NCBI GenBank assembly: GCA_026770705.1
Contig: JANJGN010000019.1
Span: 88,040,001-88,104,000, forward strand
Reading direction: 5' to 3'
Length of the DNA: 64,000 bases
Source: Isurus oxyrinchus
Taxonomy: Eukaryota
Of this stretch, positions 1 through 11,520 are shown one piece after another. The notes below the pieces were generated by a model that was not told the origin of the DNA, did no database searches, and worked only from the letters and a program-made list of their open reading frames with translations. The translations under genes and the position numbers were made by a program. Numbering within the stretch: position 1 is the first letter of the stretch; every line of letters starts with the position of its first letter.

Positions 1-520
1 CGCCTTGGAATTCTCTCCAAAAGTTGCTCTAACTCAGTCAGTTTCAATGACAGCCCACCTCACAGGGTTTCAATCTCGCCTTTCGATATTCCATTCCCCT
101 GGATTCCCAGTTCACCAATTCACAGGCGCAATTTCAGTTTTTTGGCTGCACTGAGCAGAACACCACTGCTCCAAAGGGTACCTTGGCCCCAGTGGCCCAC
201 AGGACAGAGTTACCAACCTTCAACTGCCTTCTTGGATCTTCAGGGTTTCTCTTGAGCCCTCTTCAACTACTTGGAATTCTCCCGACCCCACTTCACTTAA
301 AGTCTGCTCCCTGTAACCCTTTCTCTAATTGGAGTCCGTTTCTCCTTTTCTTAACTTAATTGGGACTTGTTTCTCTGTCCCCGTTCTCTTGTCCCTGCCT
401 CTGGGACACTTCTTGTGACCTCTCTCTGTCCCCCTCCCTTCTCCCTCTCTCTGGGACACTTGCTGACTCTGGCACCCTGTCACCTGGCCTCGGTTTTCAT
501 TCTCCTTCTATTTCTTCCAG

Positions 521-627
521 GTGCAGGTGTGCAGGGCCTGTCTTGGGCCCGAAGAACATGAAGGTGCCGACCTGTGCATACTCGGGAAGTCTGAGGATCA
601 TCGGGACTGGAGTTTCTGACCTCCAAG
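521..627 (+). other. Candidate isolated exon (unknown gene or non-coding transcript)
   Basis: Long pyrimidine tract ending TTTCTTCCAG at 520 and a consensus donor AAG|GTAAGT at 627/628. One frame is open (CRCAGPVLGPKNMKVPT...). No recognisable protein. Confidence 0.3.
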
Positions 628-1537
628 GTAAGTTTGTGTTTCGTGCCAATACCAAACCAAATTTCATGTGGTCCGGTTGGCTGCAATGTTTTCCCAAGAG
701 AGGTGATCTGCAAAGCAAAAGTTTGTAAGACTCTTTATTTTAGGGTGTCCTTATCTCATTTATAATAACCATCTTGATGATGTTTGCCTTGAGACAGACT
801 CCCATAGAAGACCTGCTCGGGGATTCTGTAGTCATCCATGTAGAAGACCCTCTATTCTAATTACAGCCTAATCAATAAATTGTATATGTTTTATTTTTCA
901 TCCTTGTGTACTCTACAAACCTAGTGTGTTATGTCTGACCACAGTTTGACAGTTGGTTCACATGTACTGCATACTTACCCTGAACATTAAAGTATAAGAT
1001 AGATATGGTAAATTGTTTAATCTTTCCAAATCTGTACGTATATGCAAAGAAAAGGCTGGGGTGACAGAATAGCAAATATTTGAATCGTTTTCTTGTACTT
1101 GTATTGAGTCCTTTCCAAACTTTTTGTAATGCAACTTTGAAACGAATGCCATCAATGATTATGCCTGGTGCTTCTTAGAGCATGCCTGGTGATGGCTGAA
1201 ACATAACCTCGGTCTTAGAAATATTGATTTGGAGACCAAGGTTTTGCTTGCCCTAGTCTGGATGTCATCCTTGTTGTGGATAACTAGGACACAGTCATCT
1301 GAAGCTCTCTGATTACTGCATCTGCACGCAGTGGGAGAGATTGAGGAGCTTCCCTGAATGGAACCTAATGTTGATGCTACAGGCATGTCTCTAGTGGCTT
1401 CCTTGAGCATTGCAGCAAAGGGATTGAAGAGTACGGGAATCACGTCACATTCCTACTTTAGGGCACTGTTTACCGCAAAGGCATCGAACATCTCATCACA
1501 GGCACTTTCCTTGTTGCTGTCTTGCTACAAACGCTAC

Positions 1538-2754
1538 GGACAGGATTATCTCTTCATTGGGTGGGCGCAGCAGGCAGGCCCAGGAATGGCCACGAAACGG
1601 ACCGCCACCTGTGATCGAGCCCCAACCACAATTTCACGCTGGCTGGCCAATTAGTCAGGGTGGGGGCTGGAGGAGCGTGAGCTCTAAAGTCTGCGTATGA
1701 GCAGGGCAGTGCGCACTGAAAGTCTGCGTATGAGCAGGGCAGTGCGCACTGAAAGTCTGCGTATGAGCACGGCAGTGCGCACTGAAAGTCTGCATATGAG
1801 CAGGGCAGCGCGCACTGAAAGTCTGCGTATGAGCAGGGCAGCGCGCACTGAAAGTCTGCATATGAGCAGGGCAGCGTGCACTGAAAGTCTGCGTATGAGC
1901 AGGGCAGCGCACACTGAAAGTCTGCATATGAGCAGGGCAGCGCGCACTGAAAGTCTGCGTATGAGCAGGGCAGCGTGCACTGAAAGTCTGCGTATGAGCA
2001 GGGCAGCGCGCACTGAAAGTCTGCATATGAGCAGGGCAGCACTCATTGAAAGTCTGTGTATGAGCAGGGCAGCGCGCACTGAAAGTCTGCGTATGAGCAG
2101 GGCAGTGCGCATTGAAAGTTTGCATATGAGCAGGGCAGCGCGCATTGAAAGTCTGCGTATGAGCAGGGCAGCGCGCACTGAAAGTCTGCGTATGAGCAGG
2201 GCAGCGCGCACTGAAAGTCTGCGTATGAGCAGGGCAGCGCGCACTGAAAGTCTGCGTATGAGCAGGGCAGTGCGCACTGAAAGTCTGTGTATGAGCAGGG
2301 CAGCGCGCACTGAAAGTCTGCGTATGAGCAGGGCAGCACGCACTGAAAGTCTGCGTATGAGCAGGGCAGCGTGCACTGAAAGTTCCCTGAAGGCACACAG
2401 CTGCCTCAGGGAACTGAAGAATCTTACAATCAGAAATAAGGAATTTTAAAAATAAGGGAAACGTGTCCCCCCATGTGACTCAGTCACATGAACAGGGACA
2501 TATTAAAAATGATGTTTCAAGATTGTTATTGTTTTTTTATTTACTGCTGGAAACCTCATCCCACCTGTTGGCGAGGTTCCCTAAGAAATGCAAAGGCCTC
2601 AATAGGCCCCTTAATTGTTGGTGGGTGCGCTCGTGTGCAAGCTGACCGAAATATCGTGCGATGACGTTGGGACGCTCGCTCACCGTCAACGCGCACTATT
2701 TTACTCCCAATCGGGTTGGGTGTGCGCCCGCCCATGGGACATAAAGTTCTGCCC
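1538..2754. mobile_element. Harbinger-type MITE carrying an internal minisatellite expansion
   Basis: Imperfect TIRs GGACAGGATT... / ...AAGTTCTGCCC. Internal blocks (GTCCCCCCATGTGAC..GTCACATGA, GGAAACCTCATCCC, GGCCTCAATAGGCC) are shared with the copies at 37246 and 38595. Confidence 0.7.
1686..2382. repeat. 33-bp minisatellite, ~21 near-identical copies (GAAAGTCTGCGTATGAGCAGGGCAGCGCGCACT)
   Basis: Directly visible tandem array; 11-aa periodicity in all overlapping ORFs. Confidence 0.97.
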
Positions 2755-5700
2755 AATATTGGTTATCTCACAATTAGCCCTAAAACCACACTGATTCCAG
2801 GAGGAATTACCTATTAAGTTGTCTAGTAGATGGTTTAATAGGACTTTGTGAAGATCTTCCCAACAACTGAGAGAAGACTTATTCCTCAATGGTTGCCGCA
2901 TACATTTTTGGGTCCTTTCTGCTTCCAGATGCCGACTATGTTGGCATCCTTGAGGTCCTGTGGAACTATCTCCTGATTCCTGATGCTCTTGAAGATGGCT
3001 GTAAATTTGTTAACAAGCTCTGTATCGTTGCACTTCCAAATCTTTGCTGGAATACATCTGGGCTAGGAGTTTTGCCTTTTTTGGTTGATTTGATTGCCTT
3101 CTGTGGAAAGAGGAAGAAACAGGCTTTCTTTCTCAGAGAATCTGTTGAGAGGTGGGAGAGTCTGTTGAGGAGCTCAGCGAAGTGCTCACTCCACCTTTCC
3201 ATTGCGACTGCCCTATCAGTGGTTAGTTTATTTCTGAAGGTGCAGAAAATTTGGATTTATTTTGAAGTGCCAGCCAGGACCAGCAGCTAGGGTGCCAAAG
3301 CATACACAGACAATCACAGCCTTACATGAAAGCTAAAAACTTGTACAAAGGGCTCAGCTGTAAATTTGCAATTAGGAAATGGGAGACACACATGGGCGGG
3401 GACATGGGATGACTCGATCAAGAAATGGGGAAGGCCATTTAACACCATCTGATAGTCTCGAACCACATCAAATCAGCCCCCGTAAACCTTTTGTATAGAA
3501 CAAACTTTGCTGTCTCTCAAAAGGACAATGCCCAGTCTCTGCACTGCAATTACTGTACATGAACACAATTATTAGCCCACCAGGGGGTTATTGTACTGTG
3601 GCCTTTGTCTAACTAATACCATTAAGTTGTAACTGATAGTAAAAAATATATAAACTGTGCTCATTTGAACCTCAGTGGAGAAGCGCCTGGACTGCCCAGC
3701 GTTTGCTCCCTGCATGTGTAATAAAGGAACCACTTGAATATTGCATCTGGACTCCGAGTGTTGAAATTTTGTACCAGAGTATTCCTCAGACCTTTCATTT
3801 TCATCATCTGTTAGGATTGGAGCAAAGATTTTAATGGGTGGGCCATATACCATCTTCAGCATATTGTAAAAATATGGAGCACCTCTCAGCTAGATGTTGC
3901 AGCTCATCAGCTTTTGTGTTCTGCCAGTCATTCTGCATTTCCTTAAAGCAGGCCGGAGCTTGTGTTTAGCATTTTTATACATTTGAAGCTTGATTTTTAA
4001 CTGCAGGGGTGCTTGAAGACTTACATGTGCAAGCTGTTTCTGTTGGAGAAGATGAGAGATGTTTTCATCACTCTCATCAAACCAATTTTGGTCCTTGCAT
4101 GTGCAATATTCCGGGATGTCTACTGATGTTTTGAAGATCTGAACACAGAGCTGTTTCCATATACCTTCTGAATCACTAGGGGGAGGAAGTTCAAACTGCA
4201 CAGCAGTGTCAAGTTATGTAGCAAGGTCTAAGGCAATAATAAGGTTCTTGAGAAGTTTGACATCTAGCTCTGGCTGTACTGGCAAGTTAATTTTTGATAT
4301 TTTGGCTGGATCTTAGACTTAATTTGGTGTGGATCAGATGGTGATCTGTCCTGCAGTCAGTTCCTGGTACGAATTATTTAATGTCAATCTTTTTCTTCTG
4401 TCTGACAAGCACATAGTTGAGGAGATGCCAGTACTTAGATCGGGTTGCCAGATTGCCTTGTATCTTTCTTTCAGCCAGAATATGGTATTGGTTATGGTAA
4501 GGTCATGCTTGGTGCACAACAAAAATAGGAGATTCCCATTTGCGTTTTCCTTTCCAGCTCCAATGATGCCTGCCCATATGACGTGGTCGTATCCAACTCT
4601 GACTTTGAAATCACCCATAGGAATAATTCTGTCATCTTTAGGGATTGATTGTAGGAAATGATCCAGATCATGATAAAACCTTTCTTTTACATCGTCACGT
4701 TAGTCATTGTGGGGGCATATGCACTTATGAATATTGCATGTCTCCCGTGTTGTTGCAGGGGGAAGGTGTAGGTTCATTAGGCATTCACTGATGCCTTTGG
4801 GAAGGTTTTCCAGATCCTTTGTCATCTCTCCTGATGGCAAAACTAACCCCTGCCTCACTACATTCTGTAGGAATAGACAGCTCCAAGAGAAAGCATACCC
4901 TGTTCCTATTTCTTCAAGCTGGCCTACTCCTCTTGCTAGTCTTGTCTTGCTAGGGGCAGCTATGTCTACACCATGCCTCTTAGCTTCCCTAGCTACTAGA
5001 GCTGAATGGTGTTCAGGTCTACTGCTGCTTTGATGCTCAAGTAGTGTATGGACATTCCAGCACGCCACTAACTTGGTTGGTGACTTTGTTTGTCTTTGCT
5101 TTCTTCTGTAGTTTCTTGCTTCTGGATTGAGTCGCTCCCAGCCAGGGTATGCTGGGCAGTAATGTTAGAATTAGGTTTTATTTAGGCCTCCTGTTATCGG
5201 CCCCTCAGGTGAAAACCAGCCAGCTGTGCATCCCTAAATAGGGCAGCTGGGTTGTCACATAGTGCTGCCTGACACCGATGCTGCTTCTGGGTACATCTAG
5301 TGACTAACCATTATCTAAGGCCCACCTATGTGCAGGTTGAGGCCTCGACTTCTAATGTGACTGGACCTGTTGCTTTGCCTGCTTCCCATCGCTGTAGGTC
5401 TTGGTTGTATGTCTGTAAGTCAGATTTTACAGCTAAAGGAGTTTTATTATAGTGGAGGAAGGGTGTATGCTGCTGACCCCATTCTCTTGGGATCATTGTG
5501 TCGTTCAGAATAACCCCAAAAATACAGGTTCAATTCCTGTTCTGGCGGAGGTAGACTGGGACTTGTCTCTTCACCCAGCCCTTGAGAGTGGAAGACAAAA
5601 ACTGTCAAGGATACAGCTCTGGATGAAGTATCAGCTGATAATGAACCATGGTCCTGTCTTCAGGCAGAGGGTTAATGAGATGGCATGGAGAGAATATGTA

Positions 5701-5756
5701 AAGTTGTAAACGATGACAGATATGGGGCAGAGGCTTTTTTTAATTTACCAGGAAGA

Positions 5757-6118
5757 TAGTGATGTCGTGGCACTGTCGCTGGACTGGTAATCCAGAGGCC
5801 CAGGTTAATGTTCTTGAGACATGGCAGCAGATGGAATTTAAATTTAATTAATAAAATCTGCAATATAAAGCTAGTTATCTACCATCGATAGTTGCAAAAA
5901 CTCACCTGGTTCACTAATGTCCTTTAGGGAAAGAAAATCTGCTGTCCTTACCTGCTCTGGCTTACATGTGACTCCAGACCCACAGCAATGTGGTTGACTC
6001 TTAACTGCCCCCTAAAGTGGCTTAGCAAGCCACTCAGTTCAAGGGCAATTAGGGATGGGCAACAAATGCTGGCCTGTCAGTGGTGCTTACATCCCATGAA
6101 AGGACAATTTAAAAAAAA
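5757..6118 (+). mobile_element. tRNA-derived SINE with CR1-like LINE 3' tail
   Basis: Homologous to 29190-29530. The tail GGGCAATTAGGGATGGGCAACAAATGCTGGCC..CACATCCCATGAA + A-rich end matches the LINE 3' ends at 6318 and 45445. Confidence 0.75.
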
Positions 6119-6315
6119 TTGTTGAACTGAAATTCCAGTTGTTTATGTGCTGAACTATGTTGAATAAGGATCTATTTGCCTTCCACCATAACAGGCATCT
6201 CCTGACATATTTATAGTGTCATACAAGGGTGAAGATTACATGGATTAACATTATAACAGTGACCACACTTCAAAAGTACTTAATTGATTGTAAAGCAGTT
6301 CAGGACATCCTGATT

Positions 6316-6960
6316 AATTCATGGGATGTGGGCGTCACTGGTTAGGCCATCATTTATTGCCCACCCCTAATTGCCCTTGAGAGGTGGTGAGCTACCTTCT
6401 TGAACCGCTGCAGTCCTGTACACCCACAGTGTTGTTAGGAAGAGTTCCAGGATTTTGACCCAGCAACAGTGAAGGAACAGCAATATATTTCCAAGTCAGG
6501 ATGGTGAGTGGCTTGGAGGGGAACTTCCAGGTGGTGGCCTTCCCATGTGTCTGCTGCCCTTGTCCTTCTAGATGGTAGTGACTGTGGGTTTGGAAGATGC
6601 TGTCTAAGGAGCTTAGGTGAGTCCCTACAATGTATCTTGTAGATGGCATGCACTGCTGCCACTGTGCTTCGGTGTTGGAGGGAGTGAATGCTTGTGGATG
6701 GGGTGTCCATCAAGTGGGCTGCTTTGTCCTCGATGGTGTCCAGCTTTTTGAGTGTTGTTGGAGCTCATTCAGGCAAGTGGGGAGTATTCCATCATACTCC
6801 TGAACTGTGCCTTGTAGATGGTGGAATGCTTTGGGGAGTCAGGAGGTGGGTTACTCACCACAGGATTCCTAGCCTCTGACCTGCTCTTGTAGCCACAGTA
6901 GTTATATGGTTGGTCCAGTTCAGTTTCTGGTCAATGGTAACCCCTCCATGATGTTGATAG
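6316..6960 (-). mobile_element. 5'-truncated CR1-like LINE (3' end of ORF2 + 3'UTR)
   Basis: GVTIDQKLNWTNHI..ATRAGQRLGIL and SIHSLQHRSTVAAVHAIYKIHC. Homologous to 45440-46235. Confidence 0.8.
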
Positions 6961-7441
6961 TGGGGGGTGGGTGGATGGGAGGGTGGGGACAGATTATAAT
7001 CTGAAAGTATTAAAACATGGAGCTGTTTACTTTTATGAGCAACATTCATTGAAACAGACCACAGTTTGAAACCAAATTAAATCAGGTTTGATCAGGCCTG
7101 ATTCTAACTCCCAGAGAGAGGATGTCATAATGCATGGGAGTTGGAGGCCAGCAATCTTGTTTTCCTTGGTCCCAGCAAGGAAGATTTTTCCATTTGTCTT
7201 CAATGGTCCTGCTGGATATTCTCCTCTGAGGAGCCTTAGGGATGGGTTGAAATGCAATTTGGTTGAATGAACATCATGGGACTCTGATCTACATTTATTA
7301 ATCATAAGGTTCGGCAAGAATGTCATCCATTACCTAAACTATAAATTATACAGCACAGGAGGAAACCATTTGGTTCATCACACCTGTGCTGGCTCTTTGA
7401 AAGAGCTATCTGATTAGTCCCACTCCCCCCATTACCCCATT

Positions 7442-7935
7442 CACAGAATCACAAAATACAATGCAGAAGAGGGCCTTCAGCCCATCGATTCTGCACCAAC
7501 ACGTGACCTACCTAATCCCATTTACCAGCACTTGGCTCATAGCCTTGAATGTTATGATGTGCCAAGTGCTCATCCAGGTACTTTTTAAAGGATGTGAGGC
7601 AACCTGCCTCCACCACCCTCCCAGGCAGTGCATTCCAGACCGTCACCACCCTCTGGGTAAAAAAGTTTTTCCTCACATCCCCCCTAAACCTCCTGCCCCT
7701 CACCTTGAACTTATGTACCCTTGTGACTGGCCCTTTAACTAAGGGGAATGGCTGTTCCCTATCCACCCTGCCCATGTCCCTCATAATCTTGTACACCTCG
7801 ATCAGGTCGCCCCTCAGTCTTCTCTGCTTCAACAAAAACAACCCAAGTCTATCCAACCTCTCTTCATAACTTAAATGTTTCATTCCAGGCAACATCCTGG
7901 TGAATCTCCTCTGCACCCCCTCCAGTGCAATCACA
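7442..7935 (-). mobile_element. CR1/HER1-type LINE 3' fragment
   Basis: LEGVQRRFTRMLPGM..LSYEERLDRLGLF.L.QRRLRGDLIEVYKIM..FFTQRVV..WNALP (ORF 7512-7952), the canonical CR1 ORF2 C-terminus. Confidence 0.9.
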
Positions 7936-8959
7936 ATCACATTGCCCTGCAAATTTTCCCCTTCAGTCTACAACAATTCCCTTTCGAAAGTTACTGTTAA
8001 AGCTGTTTCCACCACCCTTTCAAGCAGCGCATTCCAGATCATAACAACTCTCTGTGTTTTTTCCTCATCTTCCTTATATTTCTTTTGCCAAATATTTTAA
8101 ATTTTAGTGGCTGTAAAAAGGGGAAGTGGAGTGGGAAACAGAGCCACTCCATTTTAACTGCTCCCCCAATCCTTTCTCATTGACCGGGTGGTGTTACTGT
8201 GTGAGTGGAGTTAAAATCCTCCTGATATCTGTATTCAAATGCCATTGCTTACTTTTACATTCACTCTTGCACCTGATCCCATTGAGTCCTCTATCTCAAC
8301 TCTACCCTTAAAGGTAAGCTCCTTTCTGTGCACTCCATCTCTTAGTCTTCCTGTAGTTCACTTGTGCATTTTAAAGTATCTAACTGCAGTCATGACATTC
8401 AGTAGTTTCTGTCTAAGTCCTGAGCTGGTGCTTGTGATATTCCTGTTACAACTTGGAGCTTCTCCTGTGCATGCAGCTCTGGTTGCTTTCAATGCAAGAT
8501 CTATTTATTATAAAATCAAGTTAATAGCTTCAACAGCGCAGCACTCATGTCATACAACAAGAGAGAGATTTAGTTCTACCTGTTCAAAAGGACATCTGTA
8601 ATTCCACCCACTACCAGAATTGTCACAAAATAGTTTAAATATTTGATGGGTAGGGTAAGACCAGGCCATCATGTCCGCCTCTGGCATGCGATGATTAGAG
8701 TGTCAGGACTAAACACTAGGGGTGTTTAAGCTATGAATCATTCTTGTAGCTCTCCTGATTGTATCTGATTGCCCTGCTCTGCTGTGTGAAGCTAGTATGG
8801 ATTTTGGCTCTGTCTGCAAACTTACTAACCATATTCCCAGCACCAGTATTCAGGTCATTAATAAAGACAGTGAAGAGTAACAGTCCCAGGAGTGATACCT
8901 GGAGGACTCCACAAGTAACGTATCTTCAGTCTGAGCCACATTCGTTAGTTATAACAAAG

Positions 8960-10609
8960 CGGGGAGTCTTTCCAGGCAAGGGGAGATGGGTTTGGGTGAA
9001 GATGGGGAGTTAATCCCCTGCAACTGATGTCAGGTTAGGATCCCAATATCATCCCACCTTCTTCCTGTTTCCACAGGAGGAGGATTGAAGGCAGGCAGGG
9101 AATTCCCTTGGATCTGTCAGGTAAGTAATTAAGCTAATTAAGAAGTCACTTAGGAACTATTTTAACCTTTGATTCTGGACTTAACACTCAGGGCAACTGT
9201 CTCCCGACATCAACAACTTGCCAGGGTCACAGAGGTGAATACATAGCGGGAAGAACTTCTTCAGTGAAACTGAGAGGCTGGGAAGGCTTTTGTCACGTAC
9301 ACTGAAGAGCTCCAGTCATGGCCAGGCTGCTGTGCAAAGCACTTCTTCTCTCAGAGAGTGCTTTCATTGACTGACAGGTGATTGCAAACTTCTTGTAAGT
9401 CAGTTCACCTGTCTAGCGCCTCACTCACCTTCAGATCCACTTCCCTGATGTCAGCCTTCACCATGGCATGGCAGCATTTCCGCAGCTCCGCCTTCCAGCT
9501 CTGATGAGGGGCAAGAGCAGGGGCCACACTACTATCACCAACATCAGCAGGAGCACCACAAGCAGCAGCACCAGCTGCCTTCTCCTCAGACATAGGTCTC
9601 TTCGCAGGGATGGGCGGACACTGAGATCCACCTGGAAGGAGGTGAAACCCCCAATACAGAGTCTGCAGGCAGAGAATCAGCTCTCTCGATATGTCTGAGC
9701 ACGAGTGCCCTCCCAACAGGCTGCAGCTGACATCTGCAGTCTCCTGGAGAAAGATCGCTTTCCGCGTGGATAAGGTGGCACACAATTCCTCTGACCGATA
9801 AGATGCCTGTCACTCGAGGGCCAACTAGCCAGCCCCCACTCCCCCGCAACTTCCCTCTCACACGGTGCCCGATCTCCGCCTCTCACCAAGTTATATATGC
9901 TCTCCTCTCCTGAGAGGAGGTGTGAGTGTTCATCATAGGTTGTGTGGAGAGGAGGGAAGGAGAACATTTGTGGAGGGTGACTGTGAGGCATGGGACTGAG
10001 AGGGCAAGAGGCTGAGGGTGAGTTGCTGCTCAGCCGGGATGTGAGGCACCTGGAGCAAGAGGAACAAGTGGAGATGCAAGGCTTGATATCCTGAGGTGTT
10101 TTGTGCAGGAGAATGCTGGACATGCCAGAGTATCACCTGGAAGTGTCATGTCTTTCACCTTTCACTCCTTCCTGAGACACTGAATCCTCTTGGTACGCTG
10201 TCTCCAGATTGGAGGGACCACACTCCTCCTGCTGACTTCCACAGCCTCCTGTCCTTGGGAGAGCTTACCTCACTGCAGCTCCCTCAGACCCCACGGCAGG
10301 ACCTCACGGTAAGAGTTAGAAACCCGAGAGGTGTGCAGCCGTCCCAGGTTTCCTCCCCATTGCGGTCTCAGGAATCCATGTGCAGGTGAGTCCTCATAGC
10401 CCTTAAAGGGCGTGGGCCCTTTAATTAGCAACCCTTCCTTTGACAGAATGGATGCAACAACTTCCCTGCCCTGTGAACCTGGAGGCGAGATGCTAATGTC
10501 ATTCCCCTGGAAAAGAGTCTCAGCAAAGCTCTCCAAAAAGTAATTCAGATTCTCAATCCGCAAATGGTCTCATCATTCTGACAGGGATAAAGACCACAAA
10601 ATACTGCCC
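8960..10609. mobile_element. Degraded Harbinger-derived element (possible remnant of Myb/SANT-like ORF)
   Basis: TIR-like ends (GGGGAGTCTTTCC.. / ..AAAATACTGCCC) similar to the other MITEs, with a GC-richer interior. The coding remnant is not firmly identified. Confidence 0.4.
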
Positions 10610-11054
10610 AAAAGAGTTTGTTTTTAGCAAAGATCTTGGACGAGAGTGGCCAGCGGCTGCACTGTAAAATTCTATGCTTCTATAGTTTACCTGAGCCAAC
10701 ACATGGGCCATAGGTCAGAGGAGTTATGGCTTTTCTGAAAGGTTTCTTTCCTTGGAAGAACCCAGCAGAAGCAAGGCCCCAGTGTTCTAGTCTGATTTGA
10801 TTGTACCTTTGAAGGCAGCTGAACATATGAGGACAAAGAGATCAAAGAGACCAAGAGAGAGTGCAAACTACTTTCTCCTCCCTATGTTTAAAATCTTACA
10901 CATCTTTATTCTCAAAGTATTGATTAAACAAACGTATGTAAGGTTATTTATAATCTATTTCCATAACCAACCTACAGTGTAGTTTCTGACTGAGACCAGT
11001 AGATGGTGCTGAGAGCACAGTTTGCCAGCGACCGACTCAATGGACAAAATGAAA

Positions 11055-11520
11055 AAGACTTGCATTTCTATAGCACCTTTCGTGACCTCAGGAAGCACGC
11101 TTAAAGTTGACTAATTTAACGTGACCACCAATTTGTACAAAGCAAAGTCCCACAAGCGCCAATGTGGCAATGATCTGATAATCTGTCTTCAGTGAAGCTG
11201 TTTTGAGGGGTAAATATTGGCCAGGATATTGGGGATAACTTGGTCTCCTTTGAAACAGTGCCAGGAGATCTCTGCACACTCAGTGGTACTGTCTGCACTG
11301 TCTGCACTGTCTGATCTCTGCATTGTCTGATCTCTGCACAGTCAGTAGTATTGTCTGCACTGTCTGCACTGTCTGATCTCTGCACTGTCTGCACTGTCTG
11401 ATCTCTGCACTGTCCGTGGTACTCTCTGCACTGTCTGATCTCTGCACTGTCTGCACTGTCTGATCTCTGCACTGTCCGTGGTACTGTCCTTTGGATGTAA
11501 TTTTAAACTGAGTTCCATTT
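11055..11520 (-). mobile_element. SINE remnant with L2-like tail, hosting a short tandem repeat
   Basis: AAAGACTTGCATTTCTATAGCACCTTTCGTGACCTCAGG is the reverse complement of the tail at ~23780-23830. Confidence 0.55.
11286..11487. repeat. Compound 9/18-bp tandem repeat (CTGCACTGT / CTGATCT)
   Basis: Directly visible. Confidence 0.9.

Larger units (their letters stand above)
1150..5400 (-). mobile_element. Decayed RTE-clade LINE (APE endonuclease + RT), interrupted by a MITE (1538-2754) and other DNA (~3290-3780)
   Basis: Fragments in RTE order on the minus strand: ACWNVHTLL..RPEHHSALVAREAKRHGVDIAA..TRLA..GQLEE (4700-5068), MGDFKVRVG..NANGNLLFLLC..LTITNT (4334-4618), WFDESD (3890-4201), ERWSEHFAELLNR (2966-3202), and RT motifs PVLFN..FAAML and DDCVL (1159-1443). 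Many stops and frameshifts; ends approximate. Confidence 0.8.

Noticed and set aside
1554-2449. Long repetitive ORFs in several frames, or a CRISPR-like array
   Set aside because: A by-product of a stop-poor 33-bp tandem unit. There are no unique spacers, no cas genes, and the context is eukaryotic.
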